A stretch of 64,000 nucleotides of DNA from a phage. Under the pieces are notes generated by a model. It worked only from the letters and a program-made list of their open reading frames with translations, searched no databases and had not been told where the DNA came from. The stretch lies in the sequence record PZ386980.1; one strand, 5' to 3'. Shown here in pieces: positions 18,662 through 29,087 of this stretch; positions within the stretch are counted from its first letter, which is position 1; each line of letters opens with the position of its first letter. The position numbers and the translations under genes were made by a program.

Positions 18662-19132
18662 TTAATCATGTGTCCACACCCCATCGGTATTTGACCAAAG
18701 TCGCTGATTATCTGATCCTCGCCACAGCTTTTTGGTCGGAAGATTTTTCTCATACTTCCCATCAATAATAACATCAACATATTTAAGCATTTCTAGTTGT
18801 TTAATATCTTCAAACTTATATCCTGTCCACAACCAAATGCTTTTATTGGGATAAAGATTTTTAATAGTTTGAACCACAGAGTGAATCACGTCTCTGTTAT
18901 CAGGATAAAGAGGGTCACCTCCGGTTATAGTTAATCCTTCTATATAATCATTATTCAAACATTCAATCAATTGTTCTAGTGTTTCACCAGTGAATGGAAT
19001 ACCATTTCTAGCATTCCATGTTGATTTATTATAACACCCTTCGCATTTATGCAAACAACCTGTAACGAAAAGAACGACCCTGCATCCAGGGCCATTCACA
19101 AAATCACAGGGATAAAATCTATCGTAATTCAT
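18662..19132 (-). CDS. nrdG: anaerobic ribonucleotide reductase activating protein (radical SAM)
   Basis: 156 aa; CLHKCEGC cysteine cluster; downstream of nrdD. Confidence 0.9.
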   Translation of the reverse strand: MNYDRFYPCDFVNGPGCRVVLFVTGCLHKCEGCYNKSTWNARNGIPFTGETLEQLIECLNNDYIEGLTITGGDPLYPDNRDVIHSVVQTIKNLYPNKSIWLWTGYKFEDIKQLEMLKYVDVIIDGKYEKNLPTKKLWRGSDNQRLWSNTDGVWTHD

Positions 19133-20946
19133 TGGTGTTTAACCCTATGCATGATTTCTTTATTTTTACCGAGATTAAATCCGCGCTCGTTCGGATTTCC
19201 CAAATAACCACATGTTCTTCTTATTGTGTTCATCTTTTTAGGATCAGTTTCTCCACAAATAGAACAAACAAATCCGTTTTCAGTAGGAGTCATTTCATGG
19301 GTACTTCCACATGTAAAACATTTATCTACTGGCATATTAACACCAAAATAATCTAAATGTTGTGCGGCATAATCCCATACAGCCTCAAGACCTTTTAAGT
19401 TATTTTTCATATCAGGAAGTTCAACATAAGAAATGTGACCACCTGTCGCAATGAAATGATATGGCGCTTCACGAGAAATCTTTTCAAACGGAGTAACATT
19501 TTCTTCTACTGAAACGTGGAAACTGTTAGTGTACCAGCCTTTATCAGTAACATCCTTTACACTTCCATATTTTTCTGTATCAAGTTTACAGAAGCGATAG
19601 CAAAGGTTTTCAGCAGGAGTAGAATACAAACTAAAAGCAAACCCAGTTCTTTCAGTCCACTGTTTAAGATGAGCATTCATTTTAGTTAAAATTTCTTGTC
19701 CAATATCACGACCGATAAGAATATTCAATTCGTGAATACCAATGTATCCTAAAGACACTGAACTTCTACCGTTTTTAAATAACTCAATTATATCGTCATC
19801 GGGTTTAAGACGAACCCCGAATGCACCTTCTTGGTAAAGAATAGGAGCAACAGTAGCTTTAACTCCTTTTAAGGAACTAATTCTACACATCAAAGCTTCA
19901 AAACATAAATCCATTCGTTCATTGAACAATTCGATAAATTTCTGTTCATTGAGCTGTGTTCCAATATAAGAATCTAATGCGATACGAGGAAGATTCAGTG
20001 TTACAACACCGAGATTATTACGTCCATCAAGAATTTCATTGCCAGTCGAATCTTTCCATACGCTCAAGAAACTACGACAACCCATTGGAGAAACAGGAAC
20101 AGATGAACCAGTGATAGCTTTATTGTTCTTAGCTGAAATAATATCAGGATACATCCTTTTGCTTGCACACTCTAAAGCAAGCTGCTTAATATCATAGTTC
20201 GGATCGTCTTTATAAAGATTAACACCTTCTTCAACAAACATAACAAGCTTAGGGAAAATAGGAGTTATCCCATCACGACCAAGACCTTTAATACGATTTT
20301 TCAGAATTGCTTTCTGAATCATTCGTTCAGTCCAGTCAGTTCCTGTACCAAATGTAATTGTTACAAAAGGTGTTTGTCCGTTTGAACTAAAGAGAGTATT
20401 TACTTCATATTCATAAGCTTGGAATGCATCGTATACATCTTTTTCTGTTTTAGATTGAGCATAATTTAACGCATCAGCGATTTGCCATTTTTCTGCATCC
20501 TCAATATGTTTTGCATAGGTGCGTTTAACATAAGGAGAAAGTACTTTATCTACATTAGCAAAAGTCGTTCCGCCGTATTGATGGGAAGCAACCTGTGCAG
20601 TAATTTGTGCCATAATTGCAGTAGCAACACCGATTGATTTAGGAGTTTCAATCTGTGCATTACCAAGCTTAAATCCGTTCTCAAGCATTCCTTTTAAATC
20701 TACTAAACAACAATTAGTAAATGGAAGAGCAGGGGAATAATCAATATCATGGAAATGAATAATTCCGCTTTCATGCGCTTTCATAATAAAAGACGGGACC
20801 ATATTTTTGGCAATGTGTTTAGACACAATACCAGCCATAAGGTCCCGTTGAGTTGGAAAAACACGAGAATCTTTATTAGCATTCTCGTTTAAAAGGTCTT
20901 TATTAGTTTTATGAATCAATCCTTCAATTTCTTTTTCAATTGTCAT
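19129..20946 (-). CDS. nrdD: anaerobic ribonucleoside-triphosphate reductase
   Basis: 605 aa; C-terminal glycyl-radical motif RRTCGYLG and zinc-ribbon cysteines; uninterrupted ORF. Confidence 0.95.
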   Translation of the reverse strand: MTIEKEIEGLIHKTNKDLLNENANKDSRVFPTQRDLMAGIVSKHIAKNMVPSFIMKAHESGIIHFHDIDYSPALPFTNCCLVDLKGMLENGFKLGNAQIETPKSIGVATAIMAQITAQVASHQYGGTTFANVDKVLSPYVKRTYAKHIEDAEKWQIADALNYAQSKTEKDVYDAFQAYEYEVNTLFSSNGQTPFVTITFGTGTDWTERMIQKAILKNRIKGLGRDGITPIFPKLVMFVEEGVNLYKDDPNYDIKQLALECASKRMYPDIISAKNNKAITGSSVPVSPMGCRSFLSVWKDSTGNEILDGRNNLGVVTLNLPRIALDSYIGTQLNEQKFIELFNERMDLCFEALMCRISSLKGVKATVAPILYQEGAFGVRLKPDDDIIELFKNGRSSVSLGYIGIHELNILIGRDIGQEILTKMNAHLKQWTERTGFAFSLYSTPAENLCYRFCKLDTEKYGSVKDVTDKGWYTNSFHVSVEENVTPFEKISREAPYHFIATGGHISYVELPDMKNNLKGLEAVWDYAAQHLDYFGVNMPVDKCFTCGSTHEMTPTENGFVCSICGETDPKKMNTIRRTCGYLGNPNERGFNLGKNKEIMHRVKHQ

Positions 20947-21416
20947 TTTAAACTCTTTCTAAGCTGCTTCTTAAATGAAGCTATTAATTGTGTTTTAGTG
21001 TCAGATTCATTATATTCAAATCCTCTTTGAAGCATCTCAGCCATCATTTCCTCTTTTCCTAAACGAGAAAATTCCTTTGATTTATCTCCAACAAAGTTAG
21101 GGTGAATATTATTTTGGGTGTAATCGGATTTTAAATAAGTAAGTAAATTTTCTAACCATTCAAGATAATCAACACCCTGTCCCTTTAAGCCAGAACGATT
21201 AAATTTATGCTTCATTTGACCTTCTGCGGCATTGCAGAGATTACAAAGCAATCCACGTACCTTTCCTGCTTTTGGTCCATTTAATTCATGGTCATGATCA
21301 AGATGATTAGCTTGAACATCAGGATTTAGTTCTCGTTGGCAAATTAAACATTTACCATTTTGTGCATCATAAAATTTCTGTTTTTCTTCTTTATATAATT
21401 TGCCAGTCAATAACAT
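20943..21416 (-). CDS. 49: endonuclease VII (Holliday junction resolvase)
   Basis: 157 aa, MLLTGKLYKEEKQKFYDAQNGKCLICQREL..HDH. Confidence 0.9.
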   Translation of the reverse strand: MLLTGKLYKEEKQKFYDAQNGKCLICQRELNPDVQANHLDHDHELNGPKAGKVRGLLCNLCNAAEGQMKHKFNRSGLKGQGVDYLEWLENLLTYLKSDYTQNNIHPNFVGDKSKEFSRLGKEEMMAEMLQRGFEYNESDTKTQLIASFKKQLRKSLK

Positions 21417-21457
21417 AATAAACCCTTACCTTAAATAGATAAGGGTATTTATTATTT

Positions 21458-21961
21458 TCAAGTATTGTAAAACATTTGATTCAATCGCTTATATTGCCGA
21501 ATCTTTTGGTCAGAAAAAGAAATTTGGGTTTCAAGCCATTCAATATATTCTGCCGCAGCTTGCATCAAATTTCCTTCATAGCCATCGTTATTTTCTTGTG
21601 CAGCTAATTTAGCTAATGCGTATGAAATACGTTCACCTTGAAAATCAGCTTTAGGCTTCTGAACAACTTGATTAGTTCTCTCTACAACTTCTTCAATTTC
21701 GCCATTTTCTACTGATTCAGTATTCCACAAGCACCAATACGTAATTGGCTTATCGTAGATGTTAATAATCTTTCCATCAGAAAGTTCAATTTCAATAATT
21801 CCAGTATCAGGCTCTATATCATCTTCACATTCTTTTGCAAGTTCACGAACTTTAAAGACAGTACCTGCACTAAGTTCCGGCCAGTAATTACACAGCCCTA
21901 TATCAGCACGATTAATTCTAAACCACTTATCTACTGTAATCATGTCCCATCTCCATATCAA
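21458..21961 (-). CDS. hypothetical protein
   Basis: 167-aa ORF between 49 and nrdC. Confidence 0.5.
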   Translation of the reverse strand: MIWRWDMITVDKWFRINRADIGLCNYWPELSAGTVFKVRELAKECEDDIEPDTGIIEIELSDGKIINIYDKPITYWCLWNTESVENGEIEEVVERTNQVVQKPKADFQGERISYALAKLAAQENNDGYEGNLMQAAAEYIEWLETQISFSDQKIRQYKRLNQMFYNT

Positions 21962-22066
21962 TTAAGTCATTTATCGTCGGTTCATTATATATTGTTTCTT
22001 CATCAGTGTAAACCGGTTCTTCCGGCTCTGGCTCTACAGTTTCCCATCTAGCCGCCCACCAAGGTT

Positions 22067-22387
22067 TTATAGCGTAATCCATTCTCGTACTGTCTGAGTT
22101 ACTACACGTTCATGGGGCTCGACTAGTTCAACAGTCGGAACTGCATAATACCAGTCAGAATGATAAGAACCTGACCGAGATTCATTTACCGCTACATGTA
22201 CATTATGTTTTGGACTAAAGTAAACACACTGACGATATTGACATTTACCATCTTGCACCCAGTCTTCTATTTCGACAGGTTTAAGATAATCGGAAAAATC
22301 GAAATCATAGTTTTCCGAAAATGCATCATGGTCTTCAATGATTTCGCTCAGAACTGCATCAACATCTAATTTATTTTCAATAGTCAT
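22067..22387 (-). CDS. hypothetical acidic protein
   Basis: 106-aa ORF. Confidence 0.5.
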   Translation of the reverse strand: MTIENKLDVDAVLSEIIEDHDAFSENYDFDFSDYLKPVEIEDWVQDGKCQYRQCVYFSPKHNVHVAVNESRSGSYHSDWYYAVPTVELVEPHERVVTQTVREWITL

Positions 22388-22401
22388 TTTTCACCAATTA
22401 A

Positions 22402-22572
22402 TTTCGCAATTTATTAAGTTCTTCATCATCAATCCAGGATTCTAGTCCTGATGGCAGGGCACATTCAATTTCCCAAAGAAGTTCTTCAATTTTCTGAAGA
22501 CGATCTAGTTCTTCGGCTGGAATAGTAACCATTGACGGAGCTCGTGATACATTAATATCGTAAATCATATTT
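22402..22572 (-). CDS. hypothetical small protein (~56 aa)
   Basis: Hand-read ORF MIYDINVSRAPSMVTIPAEELDRLQKIEELLWEIE..., below track cutoff. Confidence 0.3.
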
Positions 22573-22786
22573 ACCCCAATTTAACCATACAATCGCCGTA
22601 TTTCCACTTAGAAATAGACTTTTCACCATTAGAATAATAAACTTCGAGTTTAGCACGATTATTTTTAATTTGAATAACCTTGGCTGTCATCAAAGTTCCA
22701 TACCCATAATAAACTGCAACTTCATCACCTACATATACCGCGCTTCCGCGGTAATCATGAATATAGTCAGTTCCTTCGAGCATCAT
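22571..22786 (-). CDS. hypothetical protein
   Basis: 71-aa ORF. Confidence 0.45.
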   Translation of the reverse strand: MMLEGTDYIHDYRGSAVYVGDEVAVYYGYGTLMTAKVIQIKNNRAKLEVYYSNGEKSISKWKYGDCMVKLG

Positions 22787-23046
22787 TTAAAATATTCTCG
22801 CAGTTGGTCAAATCCACCAATATGACTTCCATCAGGAGCAAATACCTGGGGCATTGTCAAGCCGATTTGAGTATCACGACCTAGTTTAGTCAGAAGCTCA
22901 GCGATTTTCTCATCATCAAAAACACCTTTTTCCGGCATAATGTTGATAAATTCAAACGGCTGTTTCTTCACGGTCAAAAGACGTTTTGCATTATCGCAAT
23001 ACACACATTTATGAATGTTGCTATCATAACCATATACTTTAAACAT
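22783..23046 (-). CDS. nrdC: glutaredoxin/thioredoxin
   Basis: 87 aa, CVYC active site, MFKVYGYDSNIHKCVYCDNAKRLL. Confidence 0.85.
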   Translation of the reverse strand: MFKVYGYDSNIHKCVYCDNAKRLLTVKKQPFEFINIMPEKGVFDDEKIAELLTKLGRDTQIGLTMPQVFAPDGSHIGGFDQLREYFK

Positions 23047-23047
23047 A

Positions 23048-23290
23048 TTATTCCTTAATTCCTAGTACTTGTTTAAAAGTCTCGTCGTAATCAAGACTTT
23101 GGCCTGTTTGTTCTTTATGTTTGTATATAATATCACTTACTTCTGATAGCATATTTTTATATGAACGAGTTAAAGCAGATTTAAGTACGCTGTACCTATC
23201 AGGAAATTTACCATGTTCATTATAATAAGCTATTGCTAATTCACGGACTGCCTTTTCAGCAGCCTCCATATATTCTTTACGCTTGGTCAT
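23048..23290 (-). CDS. hypothetical protein
   Basis: 80-aa ORF. Confidence 0.5.
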   Translation of the reverse strand: MTKRKEYMEAAEKAVRELAIAYYNEHGKFPDRYSVLKSALTRSYKNMLSEVSDIIYKHKEQTGQSLDYDETFKQVLGIKE

Positions 23291-23292
23291 TT

Positions 23293-23682
23293 TTAATCCA
23301 AAATATTATTAGGCATTGGTTGAACACTCACAAGTTCTTTAAAGAACTCAGTAGAGTCAGGCAATTTAACCATTTCCGGAGCATGCTTACTGAATTTATG
23401 TTTACATTGACGGCATTTATATTCAAGCTCTGGTTTACGCCAGTTAATCAATTGAACTTGTTCAGTACCGCATTCAGGGCAATTAGGAACGTTTTTAGAA
23501 GCTCTTTCACGTCGTTCAACCATAGCCATAATAGCATCCCATGCTGGAGGTTTAAAATCTAAATCGTCGCAGCCGTGAATCTTTCCACGCATTTCCAAAT
23601 CGTCTTCTTCACCAGCCATAATAATTTTAATTAGACTAGAATTACTTGAAGCTGCAATGTCTTCTAATAAACGCTTTTTCAT
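23293..23682 (-). CDS. zinc-ribbon protein
   Basis: 129 aa with CPECG...CRQCKHKF four-cysteine ribbon. Confidence 0.5.
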   Translation of the reverse strand: MKKRLLEDIAASSNSSLIKIIMAGEEDDLEMRGKIHGCDDLDFKPPAWDAIMAMVERRERASKNVPNCPECGTEQVQLINWRKPELEYKCRQCKHKFSKHAPEMVKLPDSTEFFKELVSVQPMPNNILD

Positions 23683-24605
23683 TTCAATACCTCAATAGCA
23701 TTACGTAAACCATTTGCTTTGGCGGTTAAAGCCTTAAGAACTTTAGTATGCTCTTCAATCTGTTTTTCAACTTCAATCAAACGGGCACTGAGATATTCGC
23801 GTTCTTCTTTCATAGTATCATTTCCATGATTGGATTTTGGTGTAGGTTTAAATTCACTAGGGTCCTTTAATTTAATAACAAATTTAGTTTCAAACAGTGA
23901 AAGACCATAATTCGTATTATCATCAAAGGATTTGACTACATCCATATCAGATAATAACACGCGCAAATTATAAGCCAAAGAACTAATAGTTTCATTGTGT
24001 TTATTAGCTTCGCGTGGTTTCATATACGGAAGATTTTTATATATCTCATGCGGAGCGCAAACGATAATTGACAATTCAAATTGTCCATTCTGGGACGATG
24101 GAGTGAATTTAGCCGTAACCCAGTCTTTTACATTCACATTAATAGTACGGTTATCACCATGACAAAACAGTCTACGAGAATGCTTAAAAAGCATATTCAC
24201 GTTATTATTGAATTCGTGTGAAAATTCACTAGCAAATTTTTCTTTACTATCTTTAGAAAACCATTCTTCTAAATAAGTTCTTTTCACGTCGTTAATAATA
24301 TTAAATGTAACAACACTAGCATTTGATACATTAGTCTCAATGTAGCTTGGATACATAAATTTTTTAATATTATTAACAGCTATCACAGAAGATAGTAATC
24401 GGGAACGTTTGAACCACTCGAGCAAAGAACCAAGAGAATGTGAATACGCATTTTGTGTATCTTTACAAATATGGTTTTCCCATCCAATATAGTCTAAAAA
24501 ATCACGAAGAATATTATTGATTACTTCTCTATGTCCTTTCTGATAATCACGATGTTTAGTAATAAGACTGTCAAAATAATCAATATAATGTTTACGAGTT
24601 TTCAT
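23679..24605 (-). CDS. paralog family member 1 (N-terminal MKTRKHYIDYF, C-terminal coiled coil)
   Basis: 308 aa; shares N-terminal motif and FKxSRLLS motif with next gene. Confidence 0.6.
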   Translation of the reverse strand: MKTRKHYIDYFDSLITKHRDYQKGHREVINNILRDFLDYIGWENHICKDTQNAYSHSLGSLLEWFKRSRLLSSVIAVNNIKKFMYPSYIETNVSNASVVTFNIINDVKRTYLEEWFSKDSKEKFASEFSHEFNNNVNMLFKHSRRLFCHGDNRTINVNVKDWVTAKFTPSSQNGQFELSIIVCAPHEIYKNLPYMKPREANKHNETISSLAYNLRVLLSDMDVVKSFDDNTNYGLSLFETKFVIKLKDPSEFKPTPKSNHGNDTMKEEREYLSARLIEVEKQIEEHTKVLKALTAKANGLRNAIEVLK

Positions 24606-24659
24606 GTTCTTCTCACTTGGTTAATGATTTATACTCCGAGCCATCCTTGGCTTTAAATT

Positions 24660-25661
24660 TTACTTAATTAACTGTAAAGCTTGTTCCAGACGATCAAGAC
24701 GATTAACAGATTCTTCCCAAATCCTTTTAGCCTGCTCATATTCTTTCTGTGCTTTATTAGAAATTTCTAGAACTTCTTTATAAGCTTTTTCTAGTGCAAT
24801 AACTTCTGGACGAATTTCTATCGGTTCAGGTGAATCATCAAGATTATCCATTAGTTCCTCAAGGGTAGTTTCTTCTTTAGGAGTATTCACAATTTCATCA
24901 CATTTTTGTTGATAAATTTCTTTATCAGTAGGTGAGTACGCGCACTTTACTTCACGAAGACTAATTACAATTTTATATCCTTCCCAACCACCCATATTTT
25001 TGAAAGGATATGTATGAATACTTTTTACAGTTTCCATACAATCCAAAGCCGTCTCTAATTGATGAGTTATAGTGCTAGCAATTGAGAAAAATTTATTAAT
25101 ATTCTTTTGGTTAGCTTCTGGTGTAAAAAATTCGTAATTCACAAAAATAGCTACTTTATTTTTATCAAGCTCATATTCTTTTACGATAATCATATCAGAA
25201 GCCAAAGGATGAATTTGACGATAATCGCCATAACATAATTTAGAAGCTGATTTTAGAATTTGTCCTTTAAAAAGTCTGAAATTGCTAATCCAACGACGAG
25301 TAAAAATATTCTTAGGGTCTTCTTTGATATTAAGATGATAAGAATTAACATCACCGAACCAATTGTATCCTATTACACCTTTAGTTCGTTTAATTTCTTT
25401 CCCAAAATTACCAAGAATATCCCGATTAACCAAATATGAAAGAAGACGAGACCCTTTAAAGATTATCTTAATATCATCTTTATCTACACGGCTAGAAATT
25501 TCACGAACTTCATGAATAAATTTACTGGAAGAAACAATACTTGCATCAATACTGCTGAGCCATTGATTGATAATAGAAAGAACAGCGTTCTGACTAGACA
25601 TGGGTTTAACTTTATCATCAATAACACTATTGAATGATTTGATATATTCGTTACGAGTCAT
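24660..25661 (-). CDS. paralog family member 2 (start at MTRNEYIKSF)
   Basis: Promoter placement requires internal Met start; C-terminal coiled coil. Confidence 0.6.
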   Translation of the reverse strand: MTRNEYIKSFNSVIDDKVKPMSSQNAVLSIINQWLSSIDASIVSSSKFIHEVREISSRVDKDDIKIIFKGSRLLSYLVNRDILGNFGKEIKRTKGVIGYNWFGDVNSYHLNIKEDPKNIFTRRWISNFRLFKGQILKSASKLCYGDYRQIHPLASDMIIVKEYELDKNKVAIFVNYEFFTPEANQKNINKFFSIASTITHQLETALDCMETVKSIHTYPFKNMGGWEGYKIVISLREVKCAYSPTDKEIYQQKCDEIVNTPKEETTLEELMDNLDDSPEPIEIRPEVIALEKAYKEVLEISNKAQKEYEQAKRIWEESVNRLDRLEQALQLIK

Positions 25662-25689
25662 AATAATCTCCTCAGTAGAAAGTAAGAAC

Positions 25690-25719
25690 ATTATACCACA
25701 TCCTTGTGGTAAAGTAAAC
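25690..25719 (-). promoter_or_regulatory. early promoter (GTTTAC -35, TATAAT -10)
   Basis: 18-nt spacer; lies between paralog 3 and paralog 2. Confidence 0.5.
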
Positions 25720-26744
25720 TAGTTCAGTGCATTTAATGCATTGTTCAGTTTAGAACGTTGCTTCGTGAGATTTTTGACTTTTTCTTGTGCTTTTTCTAGC
25801 ATCTTTTCAGCTTCTAACACTTCATTGGTCGCTTTAACGAGTTCATCATCTACTGCCTTGATAGACTTCTCAATCGCATCCGCGTGCCATTTTTCAACAG
25901 GTTTAAGACTCGGATTTTCAATAGGAAGAAAATTCACTTTATTGAATTTCCATGCATCCTTATTACCTGAACTATACATCCAAAATTTAGGATCGTTTGA
26001 TGAGTAATTGGATAAATTTAAATTTAAGTTATCTTGCACTTCCTGCTTCTTCTCTTGCGTGACTTCGTCCTTTCTCAAAAAATCATATTTAAATGAAACA
26101 ATCATATCAAGTTCATATGTTGTTGTGTCTAATTTAAATCGTTCGAAATGCTGTGAAATCTTAGACTGAACAGCGGCAACAACATCCATATACTTAAATG
26201 CTTCTGTCAACTGTGATTTAAGGCATTCACAAATTGAAAGAGAATTTTTTGTATTAGGTTTAAAGCTAATTCGTGCAGTTCTATTATTTTCTTTTAATGG
26301 TCTTACTTCCATCTGAAGAGTATAACCATCAAATTTCAAGTTCTTTAAGTTAATATCAGAACCTTTTAATCGACTAGCAGTTGATAAAATTTGCTTTAAT
26401 TGTCTACGGAACAGAGCAATAAATCTCCATTCAATACGATAATGATTTGGATTGAAAAATCCAGATGATAAATCGACCTTACTCTGACCAACACCTTGAA
26501 CAAATAGAGGATTTTTATAATCAATAGTTTTACAGAAATCGGTGAGCTGCTCACGAGCAGTCATTTGTGTAATATATCCCGCTTTACTAAAATGACGTAA
26601 CCATTCACTGCTATTCATATACTTAAAGTGAATGGAACTATTAACTCTATCAGGGTCTAAATTATTTTGGCACAAAAATGTCATAACATCACGAGTATAG
26701 CTGGCATTACGAACCATATCTTCAATTTGAGAACGAGTTTTCAT
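25719..26744 (-). CDS. paralog family member 3 (N-terminal MKTRSQIEDM, C-terminal coiled coil)
   Basis: 341 aa. Confidence 0.6.
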   Translation of the reverse strand: MKTRSQIEDMVRNASYTRDVMTFLCQNNLDPDRVNSSIHFKYMNSSEWLRHFSKAGYITQMTAREQLTDFCKTIDYKNPLFVQGVGQSKVDLSSGFFNPNHYRIEWRFIALFRRQLKQILSTASRLKGSDINLKNLKFDGYTLQMEVRPLKENNRTARISFKPNTKNSLSICECLKSQLTEAFKYMDVVAAVQSKISQHFERFKLDTTTYELDMIVSFKYDFLRKDEVTQEKKQEVQDNLNLNLSNYSSNDPKFWMYSSGNKDAWKFNKVNFLPIENPSLKPVEKWHADAIEKSIKAVDDELVKATNEVLEAEKMLEKAQEKVKNLTKQRSKLNNALNALN

Positions 26745-26752
26745 AGTGTTCC

Positions 26753-27658
26753 TTAAGATTTAAGTAAATCAACAATTTTAATTAATTTTTCACGCTCAGA
26801 TTTAGCTTTATTACTCAATCCAGATAGTCTGAAAATTTCATCGTCATACTGTTGAATAGAAATATTCAGCTCTTCAATTTGCTTATTAAAATAATCAATT
26901 TGCTCAGAATGTTTTTCGTTACTACGAACTGGTACAGGGTTTGTAGGCAATTTAGTTAAACTGGATTCATCCGGGCGATAAATTAAAATGCAATTTGAAC
27001 CAATCGGGCATTTAGCACCAGATGAATATTCTAACGTTCCAGCTTCTTTTAAAACTTCAAAAGCTAAACAGAGATGATGCCCCATATTAACATAATCTGT
27101 AGAGTGAGCTCTGACGTAATAATCATCTCCACGAGTACTAAATTTAAAGCATTTAAGGTCTTCTGTATTATTAGTTTTAAAAATCATTTGTTTATCTAGA
27201 CCTTTAGCCAATCGAGCACCTAATGCTAATAATCGTCGTTGATTTTCCCACAAATCCGCAATCATTTGATCGAATGACAATTTCGGCATTAGTCGACCAT
27301 AAAGGTCATATCCTTTATTATAATTGCGAAGAATTTCACTCGCGTTAATGCGAGACAATGCTCCAATTTTATTAAGGGCTTTCATGATGCGATTAGATAA
27401 ACTCATTCCAGACCCATTTGTTCGCTGTAAATGTTTTTCTAATCCAAACCCAATATCAACTTTAAATTTATCTAAAATTTCAGCATGAACATCTCTGTCA
27501 ATAACATTCAAATCCAAAGTTGGGTTAAATCTATGAAAAAATTTATCTGGCTCTCCACGACGAAATACAGTCCATTCATTCATCATTTTTTTATTAACTA
27601 AAGATTTAATTACTGCATTGACATTATTAATTACTACTGACATATTTTTCTCACTCAA
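26753..27658 (-). CDS. divergent member 4 of same architecture (C-terminal coiled coil)
   Basis: 301 aa; similar size and C-terminal heptad-repeat tail. Confidence 0.5.
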   Translation of the reverse strand: MSEKNMSVVINNVNAVIKSLVNKKMMNEWTVFRRGEPDKFFHRFNPTLDLNVIDRDVHAEILDKFKVDIGFGLEKHLQRTNGSGMSLSNRIMKALNKIGALSRINASEILRNYNKGYDLYGRLMPKLSFDQMIADLWENQRRLLALGARLAKGLDKQMIFKTNNTEDLKCFKFSTRGDDYYVRAHSTDYVNMGHHLCLAFEVLKEAGTLEYSSGAKCPIGSNCILIYRPDESSLTKLPTNPVPVRSNEKHSEQIDYFNKQIEELNISIQQYDDEIFRLSGLSNKAKSEREKLIKIVDLLKS

Positions 27659-28059
27659 TTTTCAATTTTACTAAATACACAGAATATGATGGAAAAGACT
27701 ATATAAGCACCGCACACAGATTGAACTAATACCATTCCAAAGAACCAAATAATATTATCAAACAGTGTCTGTTTTACGTCGAAAGGACGTAAACTTACAG
27801 TAATATTATCACCTTTTTCTATTGAAGAATACATCTCTGGTGAAATATATTCACTAAATCTATAACCGTCTTTGAGTTCATATACAGCAATAAACGATAA
27901 ACTAGACCCCTTTCCTTGAGTTCCTGTAAGGGTATTAACTACAGTAACATCATAATCTTTATAATGCATATAATCATTAATTGCGTAATAACCATATGCA
28001 ACTACTACACATAAACAACATATCAATAAATTCAATCTTTTAATTATCAACTGTTTCAT
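27655..28059 (-). CDS. membrane protein
   Basis: 134 aa with N- and C-terminal hydrophobic helices. Confidence 0.55.
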   Translation of the reverse strand: MKQLIIKRLNLLICCLCVVVAYGYYAINDYMHYKDYDVTVVNTLTGTQGKGSSLSFIAVYELKDGYRFSEYISPEMYSSIEKGDNITVSLRPFDVKQTLFDNIIWFFGMVLVQSVCGAYIVFSIIFCVFSKIEN

Positions 28060-28114
28060 AATAATCTCAATTAAAAGGGCTTAGAACCATTATACCATCC
28101 TTGGTATAAAGCGG

Positions 28115-28642
28115 TTATGCGAGTACCGTCTTTAACCGTTCTTCAAACTTCCGAAGAGTATTCTGGCGTTCAGCTCTTTGCTTTTTGTAAGTTTCAATAC
28201 GCTCTGAAATGAGATTGTATCGTTCATTTACTGTTTCTTTCATAAAATCAGGAATTTCACGAGAAGCTTTAATCTCGTCAAATTTATCAATAACAGCTTG
28301 CTCTTCAGCAATTAAGTTATCATACATCAAAATATCTTTCTTGATGAACTCAATATCTTCTTGAGTTACACGAGATAACTTAGATGCTTTATCCTTTTTG
28401 TACTGTTCGTTAGTATCACGAGACCAGTGTAATGTACGATTTTTATTCGTATTCTTGTAAATTTCTACAATACCAATCTCATCGATAATAACGATCCAAT
28501 TCCAACGGGATTTGTAAATTTGTCCTCCATCAACAGTGATTTCACCACCGATTGAGACATCATTAAAGAACTTGCTTTGAGCTTCAGATTTAAATTTACC
28601 ATCATTGTAGTTTACCAAGTTGAAAATATCTTTAGCATTCAT
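28115..28642 (-). CDS. hypothetical protein
   Basis: 175-aa ORF directly downstream of early promoter. Confidence 0.55.
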   Translation of the reverse strand: MNAKDIFNLVNYNDGKFKSEAQSKFFNDVSIGGEITVDGGQIYKSRWNWIVIIDEIGIVEIYKNTNKNRTLHWSRDTNEQYKKDKASKLSRVTQEDIEFIKKDILMYDNLIAEEQAVIDKFDEIKASREIPDFMKETVNERYNLISERIETYKKQRAERQNTLRKFEERLKTVLA

Positions 28643-28670
28643 TTTCTGTTCCTCCGTAGTTGATAGTTGT

Positions 28671-28700
28671 ATAGTATCACAGAGGAACAGTCTTGTAAAC
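28671..28700 (-). promoter_or_regulatory. early promoter (GTTTAC -35, TACTAT -10)
   Basis: Member of dispersed promoter repeat. Confidence 0.6.
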
Positions 28701-28702
28701 CA

Positions 28703-29017
28703 CTAAAAGAAACTTCTTTCACAATTTTTTCCACTGAACCACGCGCTCACTGCTTTCTTAGTCTCAGGAGCAGTGTTATCCATAAACCATTCAAAGGCAG
28801 CCTTTTTATGATTCTGGAGGGCTTCTCGGGCTTTAATCTGCTCACGGTCTATTAACACTAACATATGAGCCTTTCTTGTCACCAGGGGCTTCTTATGATT
28901 TTTTGAATATTCCCAATCATTTGTCCATCGCATTGTTGTTGCGAACTGAAATACTGCTTCTTTAATTTTAGTTTCATAAATTTCACGAGCCTTTGAGTAT
29001 AACATCATTACCTCCAT
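28703..29017 (-). CDS. hypothetical protein
   Basis: 104-aa ORF. Confidence 0.5.
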   Translation of the reverse strand: MEVMMLYSKAREIYETKIKEAVFQFATTMRWTNDWEYSKNHKKPLVTRKAHMLVLIDREQIKAREALQNHKKAAFEWFMDNTAPETKKAVSAWFSGKNCERSFF

Positions 29018-29087
29018 TTACCAGTTTAATTCTAGTCATCTTTTTGATGGCAGTCCATATAATCTATTTCTGAACTGCCTTTTTGTC

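Noticed and set aside
18556-18780. 74-aa ORF overlapping the nrdG 3' end
   Set aside because: Largely contained within nrdG in another frame; no independent ribosome-binding site.
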